Positions 35,749-44,379 of a stretch of 64,000 bases of DNA are shown here, in pieces. Where the stretch lies: sequence record MZ574431.2. One strand, written 5' to 3'. Made by a program: the position numbers and the translations under genes. The notes under the pieces were generated by a model that was given only the letters and a program-made list of their open reading frames with translations, did no database searches and was not told where the DNA came from. The stretch's first letter is position 1, and each line of letters opens with the position of its first letter.

Positions 35749-36460
35749 TGCCGGTTCTCGCCAACGCCCGCCAGGAGCTTTACGCCAAGCACCGCGCCAA
35801 CGGTTTTGTCGCCAAGAAGGCCGCCCAGGCCGCCGGCTACGCCACCGGCTCGGCCATCTATCAGGGGCTGGAGGAAGACCCCGAGATCATCGCCCGCATC
35901 CAGGAACTGATGGATGAGCGCGCCGAGGCCAAGGCCGCGCGCATGGCCGCCGCCCAGGCCAAGGCCCTGGCCGAAGGTCACACCGTCGGCACCATCACCG
36001 GCGTCTCCCATGCCTGGGTCATCGAGCAGTTGAAGATGAACGCCGAGGACGCCCGCGAGGCCGGCGACTTCAAGGAAAGCAACGCCTCCTTGAAGCTGAT
36101 CGGCGAGGCCATGGGCATGTGGAGCGGCGCGGGCAATGACGGCGGGCCGGGCGGCAGCTTCAATCCGCAAGGCGGCAATGACGCCATGCAACTGATCGAC
36201 CTGGACGCCATCGGCCAGCTTGTCCAGGTCACCGACCAGTTCCACGCCAAGCTCGAAGGCCCACCGAAGTCAGCGTCGACGAGCGCGACACCGCCATGAT
36301 GCTGATCGCCGGCCAAGGGACCAAGAACCTTGCGCCCCAGCGCGAGATGTCCACCGGCAGCGAGACCGACGCCGCCCTCCAGATGCTCGACGCTCTGGAC
36401 GAGGACCTGATCGAACTGGCCCGCGAGGTTCCCCCGCCGGCCCCTGAAATTCTCGACTAA
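35748..36460 (+). CDS. terS: terminase small subunit (apparent frameshift near 36260)
   Basis: N-terminal RQELYAK...AAQAAGY HTH typical of TerS; upstream of TerL; GC3-rich -1 frame continues to TAA at 36458-60. Confidence 0.65.
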
Positions 36461-36477
36461 GGACAAGACCTAAGACC

Positions 36478-36633
36478 ATGACTCAAGCCGCTCCCCGCAC
36501 CACCTTCAAGGCCTTTTTGCTGAATGGCACCGCCATCCACAACCAGACCGCCCTGATGCACGAGGTGCGCATCCCCAGCGCCTATGGCCCGATGCGCGCG
36601 TGGCAACTGATCGCCGATCGGTACGACCAGTGA
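36478..36633 (+). CDS. 51-aa hypothetical protein
   Basis: GC3-rich codons, GTGA overlap with next gene. Confidence 0.6.
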   Translation: MTQAAPRTTFKAFLLNGTAIHNQTALMHEVRIPSAYGPMRAWQLIADRYDQ

Positions 36634-36770
36634 GGCCCTCGACGCTCGCCCTGGGGCTGGCCGCCGTGGTGGCGGCCCTGGCCCTGCGCCTGACCGCCCC
36701 GGTCAGCGCCCGCACCAAGCTCATGTCGCTGGCCACCAGACCCCCGTGGGTCGGCCGCAAGCTTCCCTGA
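36630..36770 (+). CDS. 46-aa membrane peptide
   Basis: LALGLAAVVAALAL. Confidence 0.5.
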   Translation: MRPSTLALGLAAVVAALALRLTAPVSARTKLMSLATRPPWVGRKLP

Positions 36771-36851
36771 AAACCTCAAGAGCCCGCCCGATCAACGAGG
36801 CGGGCCTTGCCATATCGATGACGAGCCGCCCACCAACCTGGACGACTCAAA

Positions 36852-39677
36852 GTGACCTCCGCTTCTGCTCTTGGCCTGGATTTCTCCAAGCCGCCGATTT
36901 CTCCCTATCCGCACGAGGAGCGCTCCAAGCGCCGTGAGGGTGTGCGCCGCATGCGCAAGCTCTCCGAGGACGTGCGCTATTTCGTCGATCGCGGCCTGGA
37001 GCCGGACCCGACCATCGCCCAGGTCGCCAACGCCATCACCGGCGTGGCCGATCCGCGCATGCAGGTCAATCTGCTCGATCAGATCGCCGACAAAATCCAG
37101 CACGAGCACCTGGAGAAGCTCTCGGCCCTGGCCAAGAACGATTTCTCGGCCTTCTGCGAGGTGATCAGCCCCGAGGAGCCGCCCGAGAGCCCCTGGCACA
37201 TCTGGCTGACCAACTTCCTGCAAGAGGTCGAGATGAGCCCCGACCTCAACAAGGTCGTGCTCAACGTGCCGCCCGGCCACGCCAAGCCCCTGGCCGACAC
37301 CACCCCGGTGCTGATGGGCGACGGCGCCTACAAGCTCTTGCGCGACATCAAGGTCGGCGATCAGGTCTGGACCCACGCCCAGCGCGCGCGCCCGGTGACG
37401 GCGATCCACGACCAGGGCAAGCTCGCCACCGTCTGGGTCGAGACCACCGCCGGCCGCCGCGTCCAGGCCGCGCTCGACCACCCGTTCCTGGTCAAGCTCG
37501 GCGAGCGCGAGGATGGCAGCCCCATCGCCGAGTGGATCAACGCCGGCGACCTGCGTCCGGGCATGGACCTCGTCGTGGCCGCCCACACCCCGCCCCGCCT
37601 TGTCCATCACCGCTATGACGGCGACCACACCGACTACGACGCCTTCCTGCACCGCGCCCGCATGCTCGGCTACATGGCCATCGGCGGGGCGCTGCACTGG
37701 CAGAAGTCCAAGACCCAGGTCACCCCGTCGCCGGACTTCCGCCTGTCGACCCACAAGCGGCCCTTGATGAAGGCCATCCTGGCCCTGGTCAAGAAGGACC
37801 TTGGCCACCACATGAGCGTCTGCAAGGTCTCCTCGCAGAACACCTTCGTCGCGCGCCTGGGCGTCAAGGCCTTTCGCGATCTCAACGCCGGCGACTGGTT
37901 CACCTACGAGCCCGAAAAGCGCCGCGCCCCGCCGGCCATCTTCACCGCCTCCAAGGAAGAGATCGCCGCCTTCGTCGGCGCGGCCTTCACCCTGCGCGGC
38001 GAGGTCATCCGCCGCCTGAAGGGCAAGAACCTGCGCCTCTACCATCGCTCGCAAGACCTGCTGAGCGACATCCAGAAGCTGTGCGCCTCGCTAGGGGCGT
38101 TTTCCAGCCTCGACAGGGGCGATCCCGACTTTGGCGGCCGACCCTGCTTGAACCTCGATTTCGGGGCTGTGGAGGCCCTCCAGGCGGCTGGAGTGACCTT
38201 CGATGCGGAGACCGACGCCGACCTCGCCGCTCAGCCGCCCAAGGTCCTAGGGGCTGCCTTCGATCCGGGCCTGGACGCGGTGGTCTCGGTCATGCCCGGC
38301 AAGAAGGCTGCGTGCCTGTGCCTGACGGTCGAGGAGGACCACAGCTTCACCGCCGAGACCCTGGTGGTCAAGAACTCCACCTACGCCTCGCGCCTGTTCG
38401 TGGCGTGGCGCCTGGGGCGCGATCCCAACCAGCGCATCATCGGCGGCGGCCACAGCCAGAACTTCGTCGAAAACGAGTTCTCCTCGAAAATCCGCGACAT
38501 CGTCGAGAGCCCCGAATACCAGAAGGTGTTCCCGGCCGTGGTCATCGACCACAAGACCAACGCCAAGCAGCAATGGAAGCTGGCCGGCTACAAGGGCCAG
38601 TATGTCGCGCGGGGCGTGGGCCAGGGCATCCACGGTTTCCGCGCCACCTTCATCTGCGTCGATGACCCCTACTCCAAGATCGAGGACGCCAACAGCCCCG
38701 TTCACCGCCGCAAGGTCGAGCAGTGGTTCGACGCCGACATCGGCTCTCGCGCCCTGCCCGGCTGCAAGACTTTCCTGATCATGACCCGCTTCCATGGTGA
38801 AGACCTCACCAATCACCTGGAAGAGATGAACAAGGTCTTGCCGGCGGATGCACAGTGGAAGATCGTCACTGTACCTGCGATTTGTTTTGACGAAGACACC
38901 GATTTGCTAGGCCGCAAGGTCGGTGAACTTTTGTGGGATTACTATCCCTTGAGCTACTTCGTTGATAAGAAAGTACAATTTGGATTTCTGGGTTTCGCCC
39001 TCACCTACCAACAAGTCTCTTCGGCGGCCAATCCCGACAATATCGCCAGCAAGTTCAATTTCTACGATTATTTGCCTCACGAGTCGCCTGAGGCCCTGGC
39101 CCGCGCCCCCAAGGATCAGTTCGGAAGGCCCCAGCCGGACCTGTCGGATTTTTACCGGCGCACGATCGTCTCGGTCGACACCGCCGCCAAGACCACCGAA
39201 CGGGCCGACTACACCGTGGTCCAGGTCTGGCGCGAGGATTTCAAGGGCAACCACTATCTGGTCCACCAGGACCGCCGGAAGGTGGAATTCAACGACCTGA
39301 TCGCCATGATCGAGGGGCCGGCGCTGAAGTACCGGGCCGATCAAATCCTCGTCGAGGACAAGGGCTCAGGCACCCAGTACCTGCAAAATCGCGGCGCCAC
39401 CGACAGCCAGAAGCGTCAGGCCCCCGCCCCGCTGGTGGCGGTCAATCCAGGCGTGGCCGGCAAGGAGTTCCGCTTCGACGGCGTCACCCCGATGATCACC
39501 GCCGGCGAGGTCTGGCTGCCCAAGAACGCGCCCTGGATCGAGCAGCTTCTGGTCGAGGTGGGCCAGTTCCCCGACAGCGCCCACGATGACCAAGTCGACG
39601 CCCTGTCGCAGTACCTCAACCACGCCAAGAAGAACCGCACCCGCTACGGCAGCCGCAAGATCACCAAGCATACCTGA
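36852..39677 (+). CDS. terL: terminase large subunit, intein-containing
   Basis: Walker A PPGHAK|ST split by intein; ICVDDP Walker B; IMTRFH; nuclease VSVDTA...HDDQVDALSQ. Confidence 0.95.
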   Translation: MTSASALGLDFSKPPISPYPHEERSKRREGVRRMRKLSEDVRYFVDRGLEPDPTIAQVANAITGVADPRMQVNLLDQIADKIQHEHLEKLSALAKNDFSAFCEVISPEEPPESPWHIWLTNFLQEVEMSPDLNKVVLNVPPGHAKPLADTTPVLMGDGAYKLLRDIKVGDQVWTHAQRARPVTAIHDQGKLATVWVETTAGRRVQAALDHPFLVKLGEREDGSPIAEWINAGDLRPGMDLVVAAHTPPRLVHHRYDGDHTDYDAFLHRARMLGYMAIGGALHWQKSKTQVTPSPDFRLSTHKRPLMKAILALVKKDLGHHMSVCKVSSQNTFVARLGVKAFRDLNAGDWFTYEPEKRRAPPAIFTASKEEIAAFVGAAFTLRGEVIRRLKGKNLRLYHRSQDLLSDIQKLCASLGAFSSLDRGDPDFGGRPCLNLDFGAVEALQAAGVTFDAETDADLAAQPPKVLGAAFDPGLDAVVSVMPGKKAACLCLTVEEDHSFTAETLVVKNSTYASRLFVAWRLGRDPNQRIIGGGHSQNFVENEFSSKIRDIVESPEYQKVFPAVVIDHKTNAKQQWKLAGYKGQYVARGVGQGIHGFRATFICVDDPYSKIEDANSPVHRRKVEQWFDADIGSRALPGCKTFLIMTRFHGEDLTNHLEEMNKVLPADAQWKIVTVPAICFDEDTDLLGRKVGELLWDYYPLSYFVDKKVQFGFLGFALTYQQVSSAANPDNIASKFNFYDYLPHESPEALARAPKDQFGRPQPDLSDFYRRTIVSVDTAAKTTERADYTVVQVWREDFKGNHYLVHQDRRKVEFNDLIAMIEGPALKYRADQILVEDKGSGTQYLQNRGATDSQKRQAPAPLVAVNPGVAGKEFRFDGVTPMITAGEVWLPKNAPWIEQLLVEVGQFPDSAHDDQVDALSQYLNHAKKNRTRYGSRKITKHT
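37287..38375 (+). mobile_element. 363-aa intein with degenerate LAGLIDADG domain in TerL Walker A
   Basis: starts PLADTTPVLMGDG, block B AALDHPF, block F CLTVEEDHSF, ends VVKN/S. Confidence 0.9.
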
Positions 39678-40117
39678 TGAGCACCCTGGCCTACAAAGAC
39701 GGCGTCCTGGCCGCAGACACTCGCGTCACCGACGGAGGTGTCATTGTCGGCTCGGTGTCCAAAATCCGCCGTGTCGGACCGGTCCTGATCGCTGGCTGCG
39801 GGGACCTGCTGGACTTGGAACGTTTCCACGTCTGGGTGAAGGCGGGCCTGGAGGATGGCTTTGCAGTGGAAGACAGTGAGTGCTGGTTGATCGCACCGGG
39901 TCACCCGTTTCTGGTCTTCGAGGCCACGGGCTTTCTGAGCCTGGAGGCGCCGTTTCATGCGGCGGGCTCGGGCGGCAAGTTCGCGCGCGGCGCCCTGTCG
40001 ATGGGCGCAGATGCGGTTGAGGCGATCCGATGCGCTCAGCAGCACGACACCCTAAGCGGTGGCCCCATCGACGTCCTCTACCTCGACGGCCGCCCCAGTC
40101 AACGGCTGGCCAGCTGA
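39677..40117 (+). CDS. HslV/proteasome-beta-like Ntn hydrolase
   Basis: MSTLAYKDGVLAADTRVT...SKI...AAGSGGKFARGAL. Confidence 0.8.
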   Translation: MSTLAYKDGVLAADTRVTDGGVIVGSVSKIRRVGPVLIAGCGDLLDLERFHVWVKAGLEDGFAVEDSECWLIAPGHPFLVFEATGFLSLEAPFHAAGSGGKFARGALSMGADAVEAIRCAQQHDTLSGGPIDVLYLDGRPSQRLAS

Positions 40118-40236
40118 CTTTGCGGCCTGTGGGCTGCGTTAACCATGTTTGTTTACCCTCTTCGCCGCGTTAACCTTAACAAAATCCCAGGTAGTACCCG
40201 GTATGGCCGGTACTACCGGCGGTATTACCGGAGAAA

Positions 40237-40773
40237 ATGCCCGTGTTTCGCTATCTGAGCGCCCTTTTCGACCACATCGTCCACTACAAGCTCGCCCCCG
40301 CCCACCTGAAGGTGGAGAACCAGTACGCCCTGGAGCGCCTCAAGGCCGTCGACCGCGAAATCGCCGCTGGCCGCTATGAGGGCGCCGACCTCTATGGCTC
40401 GCGCTCCTGGACCTTCTGGCGCCTGAGCCCCACCGAGCGGCTCAAGCGCGCCAACAAGGCCATCGAAGGCCGCTATGGCCGCTTCCACGCCGGCGTCAAT
40501 CTGGCCGCCCCGATCACCCCGGCCCGTCCTGGCGCGCGCGATCGCCGCGTCCTAGGGCACAACGCCGCCTATGACGCTGATCTGGTCCTGGGCTTTCACG
40601 ATGCGCGCGAGGCCGTCGATGTCGCCCCTGCTCGCATCGAGCGCTATCCGCGCTACAGCGAACTGCCCGCGACCCTGCCGGCCCACCTCGACAAGGACAG
40701 CTTCCTGGACTCCCACCCGGCCGACACCGGCGGGGACCCCTTCGCCACGGCCTCAGGGACCCTGGCCAAATAG
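40237..40773 (+). CDS. hypothetical phage protein
   Basis: RBS GGAG, GC3-rich codons. Confidence 0.8.
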   Translation: MPVFRYLSALFDHIVHYKLAPAHLKVENQYALERLKAVDREIAAGRYEGADLYGSRSWTFWRLSPTERLKRANKAIEGRYGRFHAGVNLAAPITPARPGARDRRVLGHNAAYDADLVLGFHDAREAVDVAPARIERYPRYSELPATLPAHLDKDSFLDSHPADTGGDPFATASGTLAK

Positions 40774-40810
40774 CGTCAGGGACCCTGGCCCAAACCGGTC
40801 AGGGACCCTG
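40753..40810. repeat. 3 x TCAGGGACCCTG, 23-bp period
   Basis: copies at 40753, 40776, 40799; near-palindromic core CAGGG-A-CCCTG. Confidence 0.8.
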
Positions 40811-40834
40811 CGACTTTTCGTTTCCAAGGCCGCC

Positions 40835-40972
40835 ATGAATTTGCTTCCCATCCTTGCCTTCTGCGCCACCCTGATCGTCCTGACCCTGGTCTGCGCCTCC
40901 TTGCGCCTGTTCCGCGCCCAGGGCGATCTGCACACGCTCGCCCACGATCTGGCCGGCCTACCCCGGTCATAG
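40835..40972 (+). CDS. 45-aa membrane peptide
   Basis: LLPILAFCATLIVLTLVCASL. Confidence 0.6.
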   Translation: MNLLPILAFCATLIVLTLVCASLRLFRAQGDLHTLAHDLAGLPRS

Positions 40973-41520
40973 TTCAGGGCAATCATGACAGGGTTTGATT
41001 TCATTGAGGAATTTCGGCCGCTGTCATCTTTCAGAGTGTTTCACGCATGCCCCGCGCCCTCGAAATCCACCCATTTTGGGCGAAATCGCTCGATCTCCTG
41101 ATCTGGACCATCGCCTGGATCATGCTGGCCAAGGACGAGGTGCTCGGACCACCCACCAAGAGGCCGTGGTTGTCAAGACCCGCCTGAAATCGTGTCATAG
41201 ATGGGCGGATTCGTGACAGAGTGGGCGAAAATAAACCCAAAAAGCCTACCAAGGCCCTGAAATCACAGCGAGAATCCTATTCTCCGCCGTTTCTGCGGCG
41301 ATTGGGCCGCCTATTCGCCGCATGTCGCCCCCGATGGCGCCGTACCGCAGCGCTTGACACGCCATTCGCCGCCGATTAGACGAAAGGCTCGGGACCGGCG
41401 AGGGGATGTCCACCCTCTCGCGCAGGACCTGCCCTGGAGCTAGGCTTAAGCCGCCTTCTAGCCTCGCGCTCCAGGGGACCTCGTCGAGCGGCAGGCCCCC
41501 ATGCAGAGCCGCTCGACCCT

Positions 41521-41570
41521 GACGCCCGCCCTGGCCGCCCCCCGCGCGCCTCGGCGGGCGTCTTGCATTT
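41521..41570 (+). terminator. hairpin before repeat arrays
   Basis: GACGCCCGCC / GGCGGGCGTC perfect 10-bp inverted repeat + TTGCATTT. Confidence 0.5.
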
Positions 41571-41581
41571 GGGACCTTAAC

Positions 41582-41814
41582 TTGACGTCGGATCATTTCC
41601 CCCAGGCGCCGGGCCGGCCGATGTCGACGATCCTCGACATTGACAGGTGTCACCGATCGTCGACTTGACGTCGGATCATTTCGCCCAGACTTGACGCAAG
41701 CGCATTTTGCCGGGCGACTTGACGCGAGCGCATTTTTCAAATTTGACGCGAACGCATTTCGAATTTGACGCGCAAGCATTTCGTTTCCAAACTTGACTTG
41801 ACGTCATTTCATTT
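41582..41814 (+). repeat. 7 x TTGACG-N6-CATTT
   Basis: copies at 41582, 41665, 41691, 41719, 41743, 41765, 41798. Confidence 0.85.
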
Positions 41815-41843
41815 CTTGACCTGACCGCGTTCCGATTCCCCTG

Positions 41844-42118
41844 GTTAACGAAGAAGGTTAACGGCCGGTTAACCATTGGGCCGTTAGGGTTAATTTTTAG
41901 GGTTAACACCCATGGTAAACAAACATGGTTAACGCGCCTTAAGGTTAACCGTTAGGGTTAATGCGCGTTAAGGTTAACGCCCTTAGGGTAAAGGGGCCGT
42001 TAGGGTTAACGCCCAGGCCCGCAGCGTTAAGGTTAACCCCGCCAGGGCGCGCGTTAGGGTTAATCCCGAGGCCCTGAGGCGTTAAGGTTAACGAAAAGGG
42101 CCAAAAATTAGGGTTAAG
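41844..42118. repeat. dense array of about 11 TTA(A/G)GGTTAA units plus CtrA-type boxes
   Basis: direct copies 41882-42118; TTAA-N7-TTAA at 41858; TTAACCAT at 41869. Confidence 0.85.
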
Positions 42119-42124
42119 ACGCGG

Positions 42125-42240
42125 AAAATCGCCCAAAATCGTGGATTTTGGGGTCAAAATGGCCATTTTTAGCGGTTTTTCGGCCGATTTTGGGCCTTCT
42201 AGCCCGTTTTTGGGTTAATTTCGGCGAGTCGCCCGGTTTT
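42125..42240. other. helically phased A/T tracts (curved DNA)
   Basis: A4/T4-5 tracts at 42125, 42135, 42146, 42156, 42166, 42176, 42188, 42207, 42217, 42237. Confidence 0.6.
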
Positions 42241-42443
42241 GGGTGTGCCCTGAGCGGCGGCGCGCGACCTGTCGTGATCCCAGGTCGCGCGCGGGTCAAT
42301 GCAGGAGCCAGAGCAGGAACGCCAGCGTCAGCAGTGACCATCCGTTCAAAAGCTTCAGGCGCTCGCCTCCTTGGTTGCCGTGGCCGCTCGCCACGTTCAG
42401 ACCCTAGCGCATAAGAAAAGTGTTGCCAAGCCCAACAATGCAG

Positions 42444-42471
42444 TTGACAGCATAATTCTGCTATGCGACAA
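42444..42471 (+). promoter_or_regulatory. cassette promoter a
   Basis: TTGACA-GCAT-N9-ATGCGACAA. Confidence 0.8.
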
Positions 42472-42499
42472 AGGCTCATCGAAACGAGGAGCCGCCCAC

Positions 42500-42640
42500 A
42501 TGTGGGAAGTCAAGACCTTCAAGACCCGCCTCGCCAAGGAGGCCTGGATCGCCCGCAATGAGGCGCGTTACCAGATCGTCGAGATCGTGGTCGCCAACGC
42601 CTACGGCGTCGAATTCAAGCCCCTGCGACGCATCGGCTAG
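42500..42640 (+). CDS. 46-aa hypothetical protein
   Basis: RBS GAGGAG. Confidence 0.75.
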   Translation: MWEVKTFKTRLAKEAWIARNEARYQIVEIVVANAYGVEFKPLRRIG

Positions 42641-42659
42641 ACACGAAAGGAAAGCCCCC

Positions 42660-42851
42660 ATGATTCCGCCCGAGGTCCTCAACCCGCGCGACTACTGGAC
42701 CCCCATCGCCACGCGTCAGAAAGCCGAGGCCCTCGCCGAACGCTACGCGGTGGACGACTACGAGGCGCCCGGAACCTACACCGTCGAAGAAAAGGGCGCG
42801 GCCTTCGCCATCGCCTATTACGAAGACGGCGAATTCATCGCCTACGTCTAG
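42660..42851 (+). CDS. hypothetical protein
   Basis: RBS AAGGA. Confidence 0.75.
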   Translation: MIPPEVLNPRDYWTPIATRQKAEALAERYAVDDYEAPGTYTVEEKGAAFAIAYYEDGEFIAYV

Positions 42852-42856
42852 GCCAG

Positions 42857-42890
42857 ACCCGGCGCCCCCTCCCCAGGGCGCCGGGTTTTT
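42857..42890 (+). terminator. rho-independent terminator
   Basis: ACCCGGCGCCC/GGGCGCCGGGT + TTTT. Confidence 0.85.
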
Positions 42891-42904
42891 CCTGGCGCCC
42901 AGCC

Positions 42905-42978
42905 GTTAAGGTTAACCCGGCGTTAAGGTTAACGCCCCATTAGGGTTAACGCCGCGTTAGGGTTAATCGGCCATTAAC
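42905..42978. promoter_or_regulatory. tandem CtrA-type boxes, 17-bp period
   Basis: TTAA-gg-TTAA-N7-TTAA-gg-TTAA-N7-TTAG-gg-TTAA-N7-TTAG-gg-TTAA-N7-TTAA. Confidence 0.75.
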
Positions 42979-43008
42979 CCTCCAGGCGAAAATAGTGCAA
43001 GAAAGCGG

Positions 43009-43036
43009 TTGACTGCATATCAGGCCTATGCGACAA
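43009..43036 (+). promoter_or_regulatory. cassette promoter b
   Basis: TTGACT-GCAT-N9-ATGCGACAA. Confidence 0.8.
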
Positions 43037-43064
43037 GAGGGCGTCCCCAACGAGGAGGCCTCTC

Positions 43065-43700
43065 ATGGCTCTGCCGGAACACCTTTTCATCGCCGATCAC
43101 GGCGACCTCTACGATACCAGCGTCGAAGGCTGGAGCGCCAAGGCGCCCCTGCGCCGCGCCTATCGCGTCGCCCTGCCCAAAATCGAGAGCATGGGCCACG
43201 TCAAGGCCGCGCTGCGCTATGGCGACACGACTGACCTGGGCGGCTATCCGCTCTACTTCGTCACGCGCGATGGCGCGGCGCTGTCGTTCGAGAGCGCCCG
43301 CAAGATGCTCTATCAGATCGCGCTCGACTTCCAAGCCGACGCCTCGACCGGCTGGCGCATCGCCGCCGTCCAGATCAACTATGAGGACGGCGACTTGCGT
43401 TGCGATCATAGTGGCGAGCGCATCCCCTGCGCCTACAATGACCCCGAAGTCATGGCCTGGGCGAGCGGCTCCAACGTGTCGGGCTTCATGCCGGACAACG
43501 AGCCTTCCCATCATGCGACCTGGGAAGAGGCCCGCGACGCGCTCAAGCAAGACATCGAATTCGCGCGCGAGGCCTGCGAGGAGGGGAGCGAGGAGGACGG
43601 CCAATTCGCCCACGTCCTCGACGTCCTGGCCACGCTCCAAGAGGGCGCGGAATTCAACTACGGCGCCAACGGTTACCGTTGGTGGGTCGAAAAGCTCTAG
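43065..43700 (+). CDS. two-domain hypothetical phage protein
   Basis: GGYPLYFVTRDG...LRCDHSGERIPCAY; second domain GFMPDNEP. Confidence 0.85.
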   Translation: MALPEHLFIADHGDLYDTSVEGWSAKAPLRRAYRVALPKIESMGHVKAALRYGDTTDLGGYPLYFVTRDGAALSFESARKMLYQIALDFQADASTGWRIAAVQINYEDGDLRCDHSGERIPCAYNDPEVMAWASGSNVSGFMPDNEPSHHATWEEARDALKQDIEFAREACEEGSEEDGQFAHVLDVLATLQEGAEFNYGANGYRWWVEKL

Positions 43701-43714
43701 CGAAAGGAACGCCC

Positions 43715-43861
43715 ATGTTCATCCTGATTGTCGGCAATCCCGTCGATGGCTACGCCTATTATGGTCCCTTCCATGACCATGACGATGCGACCAACTATGC
43801 CGAGAACACCGGCACGGAAGGAAACCCTTGGTGGGTCGCGCCGCTTGAAGAGGCCGAGTAA
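43715..43861 (+). CDS. 48-aa hypothetical protein
   Basis: RBS AAGGA; GNPVDGYAYYGPF. Confidence 0.75.
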   Translation: MFILIVGNPVDGYAYYGPFHDHDDATNYAENTGTEGNPWWVAPLEEAE

Positions 43862-43898
43862 CCCCGCGATCTAAACCCCCTTTAAGAGGAGACCGCCC

Positions 43899-44201
43899 AT
43901 GGGCGCCGACTGTTTTGTGACCACCGCCAAGGGCAAGAACGCCAAGGAAGCGTTTCGCGACGCCGTGGACGAAGCCCAGTATAAATATGGCCATGGTGGC
44001 TATACCGGAACCATCGCCGAAAAGCACGAATTCGCCATGGACAAGGGTTTCAAGCCCGACCCCGCGAGCGAAAAGACGGTGATCGAGCAAGCCCAAGACT
44101 ACGCCTGGACCAAGGTCGAGGACGAAGACAAATATGGGCCTGCCGTGTGCCTGGACCTGGGCGAAGGTCAATTCCTGTTCTACGGCGTCGCCAAATGCTA
44201 G
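43899..44201 (+). CDS. hypothetical phage protein
   Basis: RBS GAGGAG; GHGGYTGTIAEK. Confidence 0.85.
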   Translation: MGADCFVTTAKGKNAKEAFRDAVDEAQYKYGHGGYTGTIAEKHEFAMDKGFKPDPASEKTVIEQAQDYAWTKVEDEDKYGPAVCLDLGEGQFLFYGVAKC

Positions 44202-44325
44202 GCGAGTCCAGGCCTTCGCGGCCTGGGCTTTGCCCTCCCGCCGGCGTTAACCTTAACGCGGCATTAGGGTTAACGCCGGCCGCCCAGGCTGTTAACCACC
44301 TTGCGAAAATAGTGCAAGAAAGCTG

Positions 44326-44353
44326 TTGACTGCATCAAAGCCCCATGCGACAA
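44326..44353 (+). promoter_or_regulatory. cassette promoter c
   Basis: TTGACT-GCAT-N9-ATGCGACAA. Confidence 0.8.
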
Positions 44354-44379
44354 GAGGTCATCGAAACGGGAGACACCCC

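Noticed and set aside
29568-38054. Long minus-strand ORFs (for example 29568..30731, 36792..38054, 21087..22121, 15880..16887)
   Set aside because: Antisense shadows of GC3-rich plus-strand genes; no RBS, promoter or motifs.
41000-41560. ORFs 40995..41216, 41246..41779 and 42148..42414
   Set aside because: Atypical codon usage, no RBS, overlap with repeat arrays; likely non-coding terminal-repeat junction.
41882-42118. TTAGGG runs resembling vertebrate telomere repeats
   Set aside because: They are not tandem hexamers. They alternate with TTAAGG as part of the TTA(A/G)GGTTAA unit that also forms the palindromes.
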